From Takakia lepidozioides (Eukaryota > Plantae > Bryophyta): a DNA stretch of 64,000 nucleotides. The stretch lies in assembly GCA_030704615.1 (NCBI GenBank), contig CM060731.1, forward strand, positions 69,564,001-69,628,000. The letters are read 5' to 3'. Within the stretch, counting starts at the first letter, position 1. Each line of letters opens with the position of its first letter. Both the position numbers and the translations under genes were made by a program. The notes below the pieces were generated by a model. That model worked only from the letters and a program-made list of their open reading frames with translations. It ran no database searches and had not been told where the DNA came from. Below are positions 1 to 13,293 of this stretch, one piece after another.

Positions 1-16
1 ATATCTAAGGGCGTAC

Positions 17-116
17 CTGAGGTCGAGCAGTCTCAGTGGTATGTGCACGTTTTTTGGGAGGCTCTTCATCTTGCTCTTCCTTATCCGTCTCCTCATCCCC
101 ACTGCTATCCATGATT
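17..116 (-). CDS. Exon, probably the first coding exon, of an unidentified minus-strand gene continuing past the left edge
   Basis: On the minus strand: tgcag acceptor, ATG at 112, reading MDSSGDEETDKEEQDEEPPKKRAHTTETARPQ (acidic stretch plus NLS-like PPKKR), then a GTACGC donor. Confidence 0.5.
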
Positions 117-1564
117 CTGCATGCAAATAGAAACCTAATTACTCCCCTTCTGCTAGGAAGTCGAGACAGGGCGCAATTTCCTACTCTTGTGCCCTTCATA
201 CTATAGGCCAGATGCCACCATCTCTTTGGAGACTAATATTTGGCACAGGCCTTCAGTTTTGAGGACCAGAATGTCTGGCAGCTTACCTCCCTACCTGATG
301 TGATAGCTTAGCCCATCAACTAACACTCAATTTCCTGTAACCAGATGGTTAATGATTGCACACATACGGTATGACAATTCCAGGCTTAATTTTATCGCTG
401 AACCAAAGCCCTACCTGGAGAGCCCAGCTCTAGGGAAATTTAGACACAATAGCATCAAGACTAGGTCATAGTTAAAATTGACAGGAGTGAATAGTGAGTG
501 CACCTTGCTCTTGCATAATTACAGTCCAAATTTTTGAGATTCATGATTGAAAATGACTTGCATCACAACCTATCCCTCAAGAATTCCCCTAACCAAAGCA
601 ATTACGATGGACTCCCCATACTGGTGGGCACATTCAAGTCCTTTGTCAAGCCTAGGGTAAGGCTCTAACACCATACTCTGCCAATGGGGGACACAACTCT
701 TGCAAGATCTGCAGCTCGGCTCTGCAATCTACCAATCCTTGAGAAACACGTAAGTTCTACCCTGTACAAACATCATCTGCCTAGCCGGAAGACAGAACCA
801 ATTGTGTACGTCAATGTGCACGTCGCTGGTACACTCCACAACTGGAGAATGAGTTCACCGAGCTTGAATTGTCTCAAGGCATATCAAGCTAAAAGGCCAC
901 GGCATAGGACGGGTAAGACTGAGCTCAATTTCCTCACTGAGTCCACGATTTTATATGAATCATGTACCTAAACAAACACCATTCCTGCAATACTCCCAGA
1001 TCAAAACAGCACCACCGATCTCCAATCCTGCACCGCACTAACTACAACTACACGAGCCTAGTAGAATTACATAAGAGTGAAGGACAAAAAGGAGACAGAG
1101 ACAGCGGGGGCCGAGGGGGACACAGAAGGGACCCTCACTCTTTCAACAACAAAGAATTGAGCACTGCCTCGCGCCGCTCCCTCTTTCGAGGCTCAGCCTC
1201 CGTGCTTTCTTCCATCTGCCAACGAATTTCTCCAGCCCCTTCTCCTCAGCTGAAAAAGGCCACCTAGTAAGTCCAACACAAGAGCAAAACCACAGCCTTC
1301 ATTTGTCCACAGCCTTTGATCGATCCTTGCGCATTCCGTAGCAATCTCTCTGCCAAGTACGAGACTAGTACATGAGACCCCTAACCCTCGGATGCAATCT
1401 TAAACTCGCGATATCCAAAGAGAAAACGAAGAGAGCGGGAAGAAACCTTTGGACTACCTACTGCGGGGGTTCCTACTTCCTACGACTCTGCCGGTTGCAG
1501 TCTACGGTGAACCGGAATCTCCCCCTGCTTCATTTTTACCCGATTACCCGCTGGACTGTAAGCG

Positions 1565-1937
1565 AAACCCTAATGTCATCCACAGAAGGCCTCTTCACCG
1601 TAATAAGACGTGCTTGATTACGGGACGGCGTCCGTCCAGCTTTCTGTGCCGCGTTTTCTACTGTGCTGCGCCAGTAAATGATAAATTTGTGTTGCTTCAC
1701 GGAAGGCATTTCGATGCAAGGTTTTTCCCGTGTGCAGCCCGCTGCCCAGGAAATTTCCAGGCGGCGCCATTTCGTTAAATTCAAATTGGTCAAGGAGACG
1801 TGTTCCAACATTGGGAACAGAACTGGGAACAGAAATGGGAACATAGGTTTCTACATGAGAACCAAGTTCACCGGTCGCCATAGCTAGGGTTTAATTACTT
1901 GTGCGGAGGGGAGAGAGAGTAGTGTGAGAGGGTGGAG
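1565..1937. promoter_or_regulatory. Probable bidirectional promoter with telo-boxes
   Basis: AAACCCTAA at 1565-1573 and CTAGGGTTT at 1884-1892, plus a GA-rich leader before the PRP38 ATG. A minus-strand gene lies to the left. Confidence 0.45.
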
Positions 1938-3112
1938 ATGGCGAACCGCACCGATCCCACAGCACGCAGCGTCGCACGAATCCGCAGAATCTGGTGGAGA
2001 AGATTTTGCGCTCCAAGATCTACCAGAATATTTACTGGAAGGAGCAGTGCTTTGGTCTCACAGGTGGCCACCGACGCTCATTTCGCCATATCCTAATCGC
2101 TTGAGCGCTCGTGTATTCCTGTCTTTCTTGTTTGCATATTGTGTGTGGCTGACTTGCCGTACCACTGTGGGATGGACGGTGTCTGATGTTGTTAGCTGAG
2201 CTTTTGTATCCAGTTTATTGGAGATGATTGTTATGAAGTTGACTTCTGTCTTATTGACATTGGCCACTCGCGGGCATCAGATTAGGTTGGCTCTTCAAGG
2301 GCCTCTGTTCATTCAATTGGGTTCACGTAAGAGTTCTCGACATGTCTTGCAGGGTAAATCAGAGGTAATTATGGCATGGAGCCGTGACGTAGTACTAGGC
2401 AGGCCACTAGTCCAACATTATAGGCTTTCTGGAGATAGCATATGTCTGGAGGATTGTTCTGAACCCCTCTTGGACCTATCTTGAGGTGAAGGGTTTCTGA
2501 AGAGTTTTTAGGGAAGATAATTCTCTCTTGTGGAGTCCAATTAGTCCTGCAGCATCTTCAGCCTCAGTTGCATGTGTCGTATCCTACCCAAAAGGGCGAG
2601 ATAGAATACTTGAATGGGATTGCAGCCTTTGTTATTGTTTTGAAAGAATGTGCCCTGGTTGTGAATGGTAGCTGAAACGTTGGTGGATAAGGCCATGGAA
2701 TTGGACCATTTTGGCGGCACATTTGGAGGCAACTGCAAGGCGACACCCTTCATGTGTCTCATATTGAAGATGCTGCAGATTCAACCAGAGAAGGAGATCG
2801 TAGTGGAATTTATCAAGAACGAGGATTACAAGTGTTTGTTCTCACCTCTTCTATTCTCCATTTCCTTAGGGGCTTAAGCCCACAGTATACTAACCCTCCA
2901 TAATCCAGTTACTGTGCGTTGGCACACCAGGGTATATGACACTCAACCCAATAGCCGGACTCACAGTTGACAGGAGGAAGTGAATATTGATATGTGCGAT
3001 CTCATTACATTGTACTAAAAAGCTCGAGGTTTACTCCAACACTGCTAGTCTTGCCCCCTGCTTGGAAACAGGGTGACTGGCTGTGGTTGTACTGTCAGTA
3101 ACACTGTTAAGG

Positions 3113-3161
<49 letters not shown>

Positions 3162-6100
3162 CTTGTTGCTGGATGACAACCGGCAGCCCCTTTGGATGGA
3201 GTGATGGGGCAAGGCTAAGCACTTCAGAAACATTGTACAGAGCATAGTTGCCGCATTTTGCTAAGCACAGAATTGTGACAAGACAGGCTAGGTCTTCAAT
3301 TGTGTTATTAGATGTAGACCTTTTTAAGAAAACATTCAGACTCAAGAAAACTGATGCAAGGTTTTAGTATTGTGGCAAGAACAAGGATCACATGTACTAT
3401 TTGGCATATGACAACAGGTAAAAGTCTTTACACAAGTTAGTACATGCAGTAAAATAGGAAGCTGTGGCATGTCTGAGGAGGTGGACAGATACGTGAGAAT
3501 ATTGGGGGCCTTCTACTTGCGATTGGTGGGGAAGCCGACTGATGTTTACCAGTATTTAGAGCCCTTGTACAATGACTACCGCAAATTGCGGCGGCAATTG
3601 GCCGATGGTGGTAAGTGAATTCTGACTCTTATTGGTTGAATTTGACAGTCTCCTAGAGAAAGGCAGTTGGTTGGGCTAAGCCATAGCAATTTTTCAGGCT
3701 ACCTTGGCTTCTTGACATGTGCAATAGATGACTGTGGAAGTGTACCCTAGCACAATCAAGGTTAAACTGTCCAACTCCGGTCAAACCACTTCTATCCAAA
3801 GTAATAGACTTCTCAATGGTATTGGTATGCCACAATGCATCTAGCAGTCCTATTTTGCAAGTAGATGACGTGTCACATCAGTCATTGTGCTCCTACCACC
3901 TGCCACCTACAAGTGGTTCTGTGGAGAACGTGATCCATGTAATCTGCGGTAGCTCCTTTCACACATGAATTACTACATGTGATACAATGAGCATTTATGT
4001 ACCCCATCTACTGAGAATTGAGTTGCCAAGTACTATCTTCATTTTACTGCATGGCACACAGTTATGGAGGGACTAGTGGGTGAAATCCTGAGGAATCCTG
4101 TGTGTAGTAGTGAGGAGATCTTTGCAGTTTAAGCAGTTGAATTTAGCTTTCAGAGGGGCAGTGGCGTGGGTGTCCAGCAGGTTACACACTAAGCCATGTG
4201 GATGAATATATTGATGAGTTGTTGACCACGGACTACAGCTGTAATATTGCCTTACCTCGTGTTCCCAAGCGGTAATCCCCTTTTCTCTTTGCCAACCACA
4301 TAAGCCCTGCTTAACAGGGCAGCCTCACCATTGCTTGGGCCCTTCATAGTATGTAAAATTCACTGGGAGTAATGAAAAGACTTTGGCAGTCATTGGATAA
4401 GATACTTTTGGATAGTGTACAGCTTCAATGCTAAAGCAGTGCTAATTGAAACCACATGCTAAGGTGCAGAACTGATGTTGCAGACATGCAACAGGTGGAC
4501 ACTTGAAGCTGTAGCACAGCTGGAGCCTCGTCGCAGTGCTCTAGAAGATGATTTTGAGGAAGAAGAAGAAAAAGAAGAGGAGGAGGCTGCACTGAATGGC
4601 ATGGAAGCCAAGGACATCGACAAAGTAAATCCCTTTGTCATTCTTTCAAGGCAGTGTGAAGTAAGAAAAACATTAGGGTATATGCCTCAGCGAAGTCTAC
4701 AATGGACTTCAGCTAGACATGAAACTTTGTTTTTGCGGCAATTGTATTTGTCAACTGTCTTGCATCATTCCAACTTGATATTTGTGGCTATAAGGAGCTC
4801 ACATTATGATCGTACAATATAATAAAAAATGGATAGATTTCTGGACTAGTCAAGTAGCTGTTTCTTTTAATTCATAAGCTCCACAGTGAATCAGCAATTG
4901 GTTCTCACACAATGAGTTTCCTTTGGCCTCTCAAACAGTACAGACTTTCCAACCAGGAATGGAACTTGTGAGTTCTGTGCAAGAGTCCTGTGTTTGCACG
5001 AGAGAGACAAACCCTCTTGCACTCACACATGCCATAACTCTTGCAACTTATTCACAACTACCCCTGCCTTTTCGTACCCATACATAGGTCCTTGTGTCAG
5101 GTCTGCAGGGAATGTGCTAGGCCTGTCCCATGACAAGTAACATGTATGGGGTGCAGGATCGTAGGAGCCCCATAAAAGAGAGGGAGCGTAACAAGGACAG
5201 AGATAGAGATAGGCATCGCGACTACAGGTAATTTCCTCTGCGTTACGCTTACGTAAGTGGTGTGGTTGTTTCTGATTGTTGCCCATTAGGTATGGATTAC
5301 TCTATGAAAGGATGATTTGTGTGGAAGTATTCTGTATCTTGTCAGAGGTGGCCTGCTCTACCCTAGCTATGTTTTAGATAGCTTGGGACTCATGAGCAGT
5401 CATGCGGCTCTCTTTTATTGGAGAAATACTGCTGCAGCCTATGCCACCCACCACAAGCTTCCTAGATCAAGCAGGGCCCATGCCCACTAGCAACTCTGCC
5501 AGGTTTCTCTGTGTTGGCAGTGCACAGTGAGAAGTATGATGAGCTGCACATCTTAGCTGAGGTGAGGTGGTCTGGGTAATACTAAAAATAACACCCACAG
5601 TTGGATTGAGGAATTGATATCTGAATTTAGGGTCTGGTTCTCAGCATATCTAAAAATTCTAGCGTAAATGCCGAAATTACAATCCCACCTCTAAGTAGTT
5701 GTTCTCTTGGTTCAAGGTACCTAGTTAAAGTACTGCGAGGAGAGTTGGATCTGCACTGTTCTTCCCCCTTATGTGGACTTATCTTGTTGATGCCTCATTT
5801 ATAATTTAGCAGTTTCAACTGTAGCAGATGGTTGAATTCTCTCAGAATTTTTTTGCACTGGAGGAAACGATTTTATATGTTCCATATGTGGCTCATGGGC
5901 TATGCCGGGATAGGGACCGGGGCCGTGAACGTGGTAGGGACCATTATCGGGACCGGGACCATGAGTACTATCGGGTCCGAGACCGGGACCGAGAGAAGGA
6001 TCGCGAGTTTTTCAGTGACAGAGACCGAGATAGAGAGAGGGATTACCACAGACGTGCTCACAATGATAACCGTCAGAGAGACAGGCATGGAGAGCGTGAT

Positions 6101-6734
6101 AGGTGGAGAAGTCGTTCCCGCAGCCGAAGTCGAGACTGGCATGATAGAGCAAGAGACCGCAGCCAACGCACAGTTTCCCCTGATCGGGAAAAAAGGTATT
6201 TTTGCCATTCTTTTATGCAATGTTTTGACAGGAGATCATCTTTGGATTCATAGGTCTCCTGGTTTTCAACTTCCTTCCTGGGTTAGGGATCTTCTAGAAG
6301 TATGTGAAGTGGGTCTCAAAAACTCCCATCACTGTAATGAATCTTCTCCAATTATTTTTGCTCCTCACAAATAGGGCTAAAATGTTGTGCGAGGGGAATC
6401 TAATGAGGACTTTTAAGAGGGTTGTGGACCTGGCAGTGTAGTAGATATAATGGCCAGTATTGTGGCAGTCTATATTGAAAGTGAACTTGTGTTTTTTTGA
6501 GCCATGATAGTGTGCTTGTGCCCAGATCAACTCGACGGGGACGGATGAAGGACGATGACCCATTGGAGGATGGGGAGCACCGTGTGGACTGGGAAGAGAC
6601 GAAGGAGAAAAGGAAAAGGAAAAAGAAGAGAGAAAAAAGATCCAGTGACTGACGGGACTGACAATGCCAACCCTGAAATTGCAGAGGCTAATCGGTTGCG
6701 GGCGGCCTTGGGTTTGAAGCCACTTAGGCCATGA
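1938..6734 (+). pseudogene. PRP38: Pre-mRNA splicing factor 38, 8 exons (1938-2063, 2672-2831, 3489-3610, 4181-4271, 4495-4624, 5157-5227, ~5914-6195, 6526-6734), with two frameshifts
   Basis: Spliced translation gives MANRTDP..TNPQNLVEKILRSKIYQNIYWKEQCFGLTAETLVDKAMELDH..KMLQIQPEKEIVVEFIKNEDYKYVRILGAFYLRL..LEPLYNDYRK.., an RD/RS-rich region and the C-terminal EIAEANRLRAALGLKPLRP*. All introns are GT-AG. Frame breaks occur at ~1974 (SVHGT reduced to gtc-gc-acg) and at ~6605-6650. Confidence 0.9.
3119..3159. repeat. (GA)n microsatellite in PRP38 intron 2
   Basis: About 20 uninterrupted AG units. Confidence 0.95.
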
Positions 6735-7899
6735 TCTGATGGCCAACAGGTGGTCATTTGCTGATGATGGGTCTTAGTTTCACGTATGTACCCTTAATTA
6801 GTGTATGCACTGTAAAGACATTTGGTTGGAACCTCTCCAAGTGAAAATTACCAATAGCAAGCATGGTAGTGGTCAGGGGTCTAGGCGATAGTTTGCAGGC
6901 AGTGGGCCATTCTTTTCCAACTTTCTTTCCGAGTTGGATTGTAGTTATACAGTAACTTAGGGCTTTCTGTGCACCACATGTTATCAAATTGGCAACGTTC
7001 AACACCCTTCGTGTTTCTGATCTCAAAAGGGCAACACTACATACACCAAAGTCAAATGACTGGGTGAAAATTACTGGGGCTCTGTCCACTGTGTGCTGCA
7101 ATGGCTCAGAAAGGGGTTAGTTTCCCCTCGACGCATGAGGCGGTAGCCGAGTGGTAGCCCCGAGTTTCAGAAGGCCCCGGTCTGAGGGCTAGGATCATCT
7201 CAATCTGACGGCTCACAAGAGCAGGAACCTTACAGACGGAAGGTGCCTTCCTCTCGAGGATACCTCACTTACCCATGCCTGATAATTAATAAAAATGGAA
7301 TATTCTTAAGAAAATTCGTTTTTATTATTTAGGCACCTCACCAAGGTAATTTCCAAACATTAGACCTTTTTTTAAATTAATAAAAGGGGGATAGGGGCCC
7401 TTTTAATCAAATTAAATAAAAATAGAGTCATATCCATGGAAAAAATAACCACAGTGGAGGCCGTGAGGACTTGCTGGGGGGGGGGGGAACTTCCCCATGA
7501 CTGTAGCAAATCAGAAGGAGAGATCAGAGGGGGTTTATTGAGTGTTTGAAGGGGATTGAAATGCTAAGAGGAGGGGTAGACCATGGCGTAAGAACAAACA
7601 AGGCAGAGGAAACCCTGCTGCAGCTACTGAGCCAGTTTTGCAATGGAGCTCTAAGAACAATGTAAGCTGCTTTAGAATCGAGAAACAGCAGAGACAATGA
7701 GGGGAGGCAGAAAGGCGGGATGCTCTAGCCTGCGAGTTCAGAGCTGCAAATGCTACAAACCGAGAGGCGAGCGATTGGTGCTTCAGATTCAGAACTTCAG
7801 TTGAGTTTTTAACTTTGAAACTCGAGCTTTCTTGTGACACACACATTGTAATCAGCCTCCTCCCCATCACAAGGGGACCTCCCATTGAGTGGGGATGGA

Positions 7900-8950
7900 G
7901 TCTTTCCAATCAAAGCGCTTGTCGGGAAGACTAGTGCCAAGCAGGTTGCCTTTGCCCTAGGACTGCATGAAATCTTGAAATAGCTTCCTTCCTCGTTGTT
8001 CAAAAGATCTAGAAATAGCTGCACACAACGAATCCCACGTTTTTCTCCCCTCAGTCAACAAATCATGAAAAGTGTGGAACAAGACAGATCTGCGTCTGGG
8101 GGGATTGCCCTCATAGACATATGAACACCTTGACTTCCAGATATTCCATAAAGTATGGGCTCTGAGCGAGGCCCACACTGGACAGAGAGTTTGCACCTAA
8201 CCTGGCACCATGTTGAAAAGCAACAAAGACTGAGGAGGAGGGGAGAGGTAGGTGGGAGAGCTAGGTGGCCCAATGAGAGTAGAACCCCAAAACCTTTCTC
8301 CAGATACTACCCGAGAAATTGCAAGACAACAGGCAATGTTCAATGGACTCTGGTTCTGACAGACAGAGAGGGCAGGTAGGATTGTCTTGGTCTGTGGTTA
8401 GCTTGACTGGCAGGATTCTGTGGGTCAATTTCCATAGAAAACCCGAGACCTTTGCTGCCATGTCTTTCCTCCAAACGTCCTTCCAGATTTTGGCCCAGTT
8501 AGACTGGGTGAACTGCAGATTGCTCCATTTTGAAGACCATCTTGTCAAAAAAAGAATGGGGCGGGTTGATGAGAGAGTAACTCAGCTTGACCTTGTAGGC
8601 AAAAAATGGTGAATGTTTTTTGTCCATCCAATTCCACTCGTAGGGTCAAATTGCAGATCCGCCAGTGGACACTTGAGAAACCAGGTGAACGATTGATGGA
8701 CAGCCCATTGAATTTCCATTCCCTGTGGTGGCAAGGGGTTGGCATTTCCAAGCATATCTAGCACCCTGACATGGTATAGGTTCCGCTTGTCCAATGTTAT
8801 TTCACCGGAGTATGCGAGGTTGCCAACACTGTCTGGTATGAAACCCAATCTTGTGGCCTCCATGTCATGAATTTCCAGAATCAGAGCCATTGTTACAGAA
8901 TTGCGTTGATCAGATGCCACCCCTGCACCTCCCACAATTACAGCCTTTTC
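7900..8950 (-). mobile_element. Degenerate 3' part of an L1/Tx1-like LINE (zf-RVT region)
   Basis: WAKIWKDVW..KVSGFLWKLTHRILPV..CPLCLSEPESIEHCLLSC, followed by TLWNIWKSRC, with stops and frameshifts. Boundaries are approximate. Confidence 0.8.
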
Positions 8951-8994
8951 GTCATTCCACAGCTACATTTTCCTGATCTTGCACCTACAAGAAT

Positions 8995-10135
8995 TGAGTA
9001 CGGTGGCGCACTCACTTTCGAGACTGACAAAGGATCGGAACAGACAAACATCAGTTCTCTAAAACAACATGCATAACCCTCATTTCCTGTCAACCAGAAT
9101 TGAGTGCGGTGGCGCACTCATTTTTTGGACACCTTCCATGACATCTATGAAATCATATTCATTGCAGGCACTCCATCTCTACTCAGTCAATGGCTCCTTT
9201 GTCACTTCCTCTTCCACATTGTGTGCTCATTCTAGAGGCAGAAACTGAGTGCGCCACCACACTCAAAACTGTACAACTATATATTCAGATAAAAACCAGA
9301 TTTTCCATCTCACAAATTGTCATTTGTCTCACCCAAGTCCGCTACAAAAAAATGGGTGCGGCAGCGCATTCAATTCTGGGCATCACTCTGTCTCTCATTC
9401 AGCCGATTCCATATCAACTTCGACTTACTACTGTCTTCAAATATCTGCGAGTCCACTATTAAAACTGAGTGCGCCACCACACTCAGTTTCCAGGGTGTTC
9501 TGATGTTTTTCCCAAAACTAAAAAAGAATGCTTTCCAATTTCCACAATCATTTTCACCTTATAGTTCATCTCAGACATCATCAAATCAACCATCTACAGG
9601 TGCTCAAAAAATTGAGTACGGTGACACTCATTTCTTGGAGCCCTCCACTTTGTCTGCCTGCTTTCTGTTGCGAGCACACCAGGGTCTTTACCTCTGTCCA
9701 CGAAGACGGTGGACCACACCTCAGAACTGAGTGCGCCACCGCACTCAGTTTCAAGGTTATCGTTTCTGTCATTCTAAAAACTCAAAAGAGATCTTACTTT
9801 GAATGAAACACACTTTCTAACTATTGTTTCACCTCTCTCATAAGCAAACCGACCATTCTATGGTGCTCCAAAACTGAGTGCGGTGGCACACTCAGTTCTG
9901 GGAGCCCTCCATTCTGTCTGCCTACTTTCTGTTTTGAGTTCATTAGGGTTTTCACGTCTGTCCAAGAAGATTGTCGACCATACCTCAGAACTATGTGCAC
10001 CACCCCACTCAGTTTCCATGTTAGAGTTAATGTGATTCTCAGAACTCATAAGAGATCTCACTATGGAATAAACACACTTTCTATCTATCATTCACCTCAG
10101 TCAATAGCAACTCAATGATTCTATGGTGCTCAGAA
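8995..10135. repeat. Array of nine ~20-bp hairpin palindromes (TGAGTGCG-N4-CGCACTCA) with a ~262-bp higher-order unit
   Basis: Copies start at 8995, 9101, 9246, 9353, 9466, 9613, 9728, 9875 and 9992. From copy 2 the loop alternates between GTGG-like and CCAC. Linkers are recognisably repeated from ~9490 onward. Confidence 0.9.
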
Positions 10136-10990
10136 ATTGTGGTGGTGGCCACTACACGGCCTGAAACTATGCTTGGAGACACAACCGTAGCTGTACACCC
10201 TGAGGACCCACGCTACGAGCACCTTCACGGCAAGTTTGTAGTGCATCCGTTCAAGGGGACGAAGATCCCTATCATATGTGATGCCACGCTTGTTGACATG
10301 GCATTTGGAACATGTGCTGTCAAGGTGAGATATGACTACTGAGGTTTTTAGTTTTGTAATGAGTTTGTTGGAAATGAAGTTGTCTGTCTTTCACATTTGT
10401 ACAGACAGTAGGACAGGTTAGCAACATTTGGTTTGCAGTAGCATAGAGTTCCTTTGGGATCATAAGCAACAAAAGCACACGGACTTCCGTCATCCCTGCA
10501 GATCACCCCAGCTCACGACCCCAACGATTTTGAGGTGGGAAAGCGACATAAATTGGAGTTTATCAACATTTTCACGGATGATGGCAAGATCAACAGCAAT
10601 GGGGGCAAGGCATATGAAGGCATGAAACGCTTTGATGCTCGTGTGGCTGTAGTTAAGGCCTTGGAGGAGAAGGTAGGTCTTTTTCTTTTAATGTCCTGGT
10701 ATCAGTTGTTTGGAGCATGTCACATCGTTGAGCATTAGAGACTTTCCCAGGAAGCTAGTTTGTTAAGGTCATGGCCAGGGCTTGACCTTGCGCATACTCA
10801 CACCTATGGATTGAAGTTTTACAGATTGGCATATCCTCAGTAAGCTGTTGTATGATAATAGATAAATACTTTGGTTGGTTCAACTTGAAATGGCAGGGAT
10901 TGTACAGAGGGGTTGCCGACAATGTGATGAGGCTTGGTATTTGCTCAAGAAGTGATGATGTGAGAGCCCATGATAAAGCCACAATGGTAT
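10133..10990 (+). pseudogene. VARS: Internal fragment of valyl-tRNA synthetase (exons 10133-10324, 10502-10672, 10897-~10990)
   Basis: [38 protein letters not shown] / [34 protein letters not shown] / GLYRG..CSRSDDV..EPMIKPQWY. Introns are retained, both gene ends are missing, and there is a frameshift at ~10963. Confidence 0.9.
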
Positions 10991-11209
10991 GACGCCTTAA
11001 TTATGTGAATGATTGTTTTGAATCTTGTTCACTTTGTCTCCATAAGTACATATTTCCATTCATTGTTGGAAAGTTATCAAGCAAGCACAGCGCCTGGCAA
11101 CAAGAAGCTGATTTATGGTGATCTGGGTCTGATCAAGGAAGATGAGAATCAGCAAGAAGTTTATCAACTGAGATTGTAGCTCGTTTGCATGCTAGTGGCT
11201 CATTCCTAG

Positions 11210-12950
11210 AGACTGTACTCATTGGCCATTGACCCCACGCCCAGTTTGAGCGGGAACAAAAGGGACAGAACGTACCTCTGTCAGGGGCTGAGGTTGGTAG
11301 TAAGACTTACCTCCATATATAGAATTAATCCGAGTTTTCCAGATATCCTCTAGAAATCCCTTCACACAAGCATCAATCTGTTGTGTGTGATTTGCCCAAA
11401 AACTAGGCCTCAGGAGGGCCTGGGCTTTTGGCTCAGCCTCGAGACTTTCAAAGTTGGTAAACAGGGGTACAGGCATAATACCCTTAATAGATTTGAAGAG
11501 AGCGTCTCTTTGGTGAGAGAACCCCGGACAGTGTATCAGAAAATGAATATTGTCTTCAGATTGCCCACACAACGGGCAATTGCACTCTCTCTTTCCTCTC
11601 TGCTTCTGTTTGTTGTTCAAAGATAGGCTTCCTGCCCTGAGTTTAAATTTCAGTCTAGTGCCGAGAGTGGGTAGACCCTTGAGGTCATCCAAGATGTCCT
11701 CCCCCATGTCACAGACTGGAAACAAGTTCAGGGAAGTTTTCTGCCTAACTTCATTTTCATCAGACAATCTCATGGCAACAGACATGGCTGAGGACACTAC
11801 AGCCTCTAAGTCAGATTTATCCAGCAGGGTCAAGACTTGCGGATCCAGGTCCAGGTCCTTGAGGATCTCTTCTACTCTCTTCTGCCAGGACTTAGCCTGT
11901 TTGACAGGGCGGTCCTATTTCCAAGATATAGAGTCGATTAACTTAGGATATCTGGTGTTGGGCATATGTTGCAGCTGACCCCACCATCTGACCTTGAATT
12001 CATCTCGTCGGGAGCTTAAGGACGGAATGCCAAACTCACCCCGAACAGCCACATTGGCTGTTTTGGAGCATGCTAACATACACTCCTTAAGCACCTCCAT
12101 TTGAATGGATTCTAGAGACTTAGCCTGGTTGGAGTTATCAACCCATATAGCAGATCCGTACTCCAAGGCAGGTCTAATAACGCGACAAAGCATGGTTTTC
12201 TTAACCTCAGAGTTGACCCCTCTGCAGTGGAAAAATTTAGTGAGCCCCAGAGCTTTGCCCTTGCCAGTTTGAACAACTTTCCGGATATGTGCACAATTGG
12301 AGGAGAACTCAACGCCCAGGTAAGTGTAGGAAGGGAGGACCGGGATCTCTTGACTACCCCACTGCCACTTAAGATCACTTCCTCCCTCTCCTCTGTCGTT
12401 GAATGCTACCACTGCACATTTGCTGACATTAGCCTCTAGCCCCCAAAGATCAAAGTATCTCTTCGCGCAATCAATCAACTCCTGGAGATTGGTTGGAGTC
12501 TCCCCTATGCCTGCGAAATCATCCGCAAACATAAGAGCTGATATGGTGGTATCACCCACCCTTAACCCAAATCCTTCACTTTCCACATCCTCGAGGAGTT
12601 GATTGATGAAAACATTGAAGAGCAGAGGGGAGAGAGTACATCCTTGAGCTACACCTTGGTTTATGTCAAAGAAGTTGGACTTCTGTCCGTTAACAGTGAC
12701 ACAACTTTTGGTGTGAGCATACAAGTTGTGGACAACTCTCCACATCTTTCCCTTGATCCCACAAGACCAGAGGCGGAACCATAGGCCATCTCTCCACACT
12801 GTGTCATAAGCCTTTTTGACATCCAGGAAAAAGACATAAGTGGGTTTCCCTTCTTTTTTCCTTCCCTGGATTCTGGCTTAGAGTGAAGATATGATCCACA
12901 CAACCCCTGTTTCGCCGAAAGCCAGCTTGGCCTTCGTGGAAACAACCTAA
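11210..12950 (-). mobile_element. Non-LTR retrotransposon (LINE) RT and C-terminal region, longest local copy
   Basis: QAGFRRNRGC..FLDVKKAYDTVWRDGL..GVAQGCTLSPLLFNVF..FADDF..YTYLGV..RPALEYGSAIW, and C-terminal CPLC..HFLIHC. 5'-truncated, with an internal stop at ~11915. Confidence 0.92.
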
Positions 12951-13293
12951 TAGATGACCGGTTCCTATCATATGAGACATTGGAGACAACTATGAAAAAT
13001 ATTCACATTGGTTTAATGCATGAAAATTTCGGTCTGCTGATCACCAACTACCAACACCTATTACTTTATAAATGATAACTTGGAGTGTGCATAACTTTAA
13101 CCTTCAGGTACTCGTTATTTACAATACAAAAGTTCTGTTATTTGTTTGAATAGATTTTGACAAATAGCTAAAAAATGGAGATATATAAACATAGTTGTTC
13201 AATCTTGTTTCATCACACATACTCAAGAGTTGCATTCAATGTATTAATTGGCCGTATCCATGATCAAAGTTTCAAATTTGTCCTTAGATCTAG

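Noticed and set aside
5828-6374. Independent ORFs rich in GT/ET or RD repeats (also at 29.3 and 45.2 kb)
   Set aside because: These are alternative frames and antisense readings of the PRP38 RD/RS exon.
7135-7270. Pol III RNA or SINE (TAGCCGAGTGG A-box-like)
   Set aside because: No B-box or recognisable RNA structure follows.
8995-10135. CRISPR array
   Set aside because: Spacers are ~85-130 bp and partly repeated, the repeats alternate orientation, there are no cas genes, and the context is eukaryotic.
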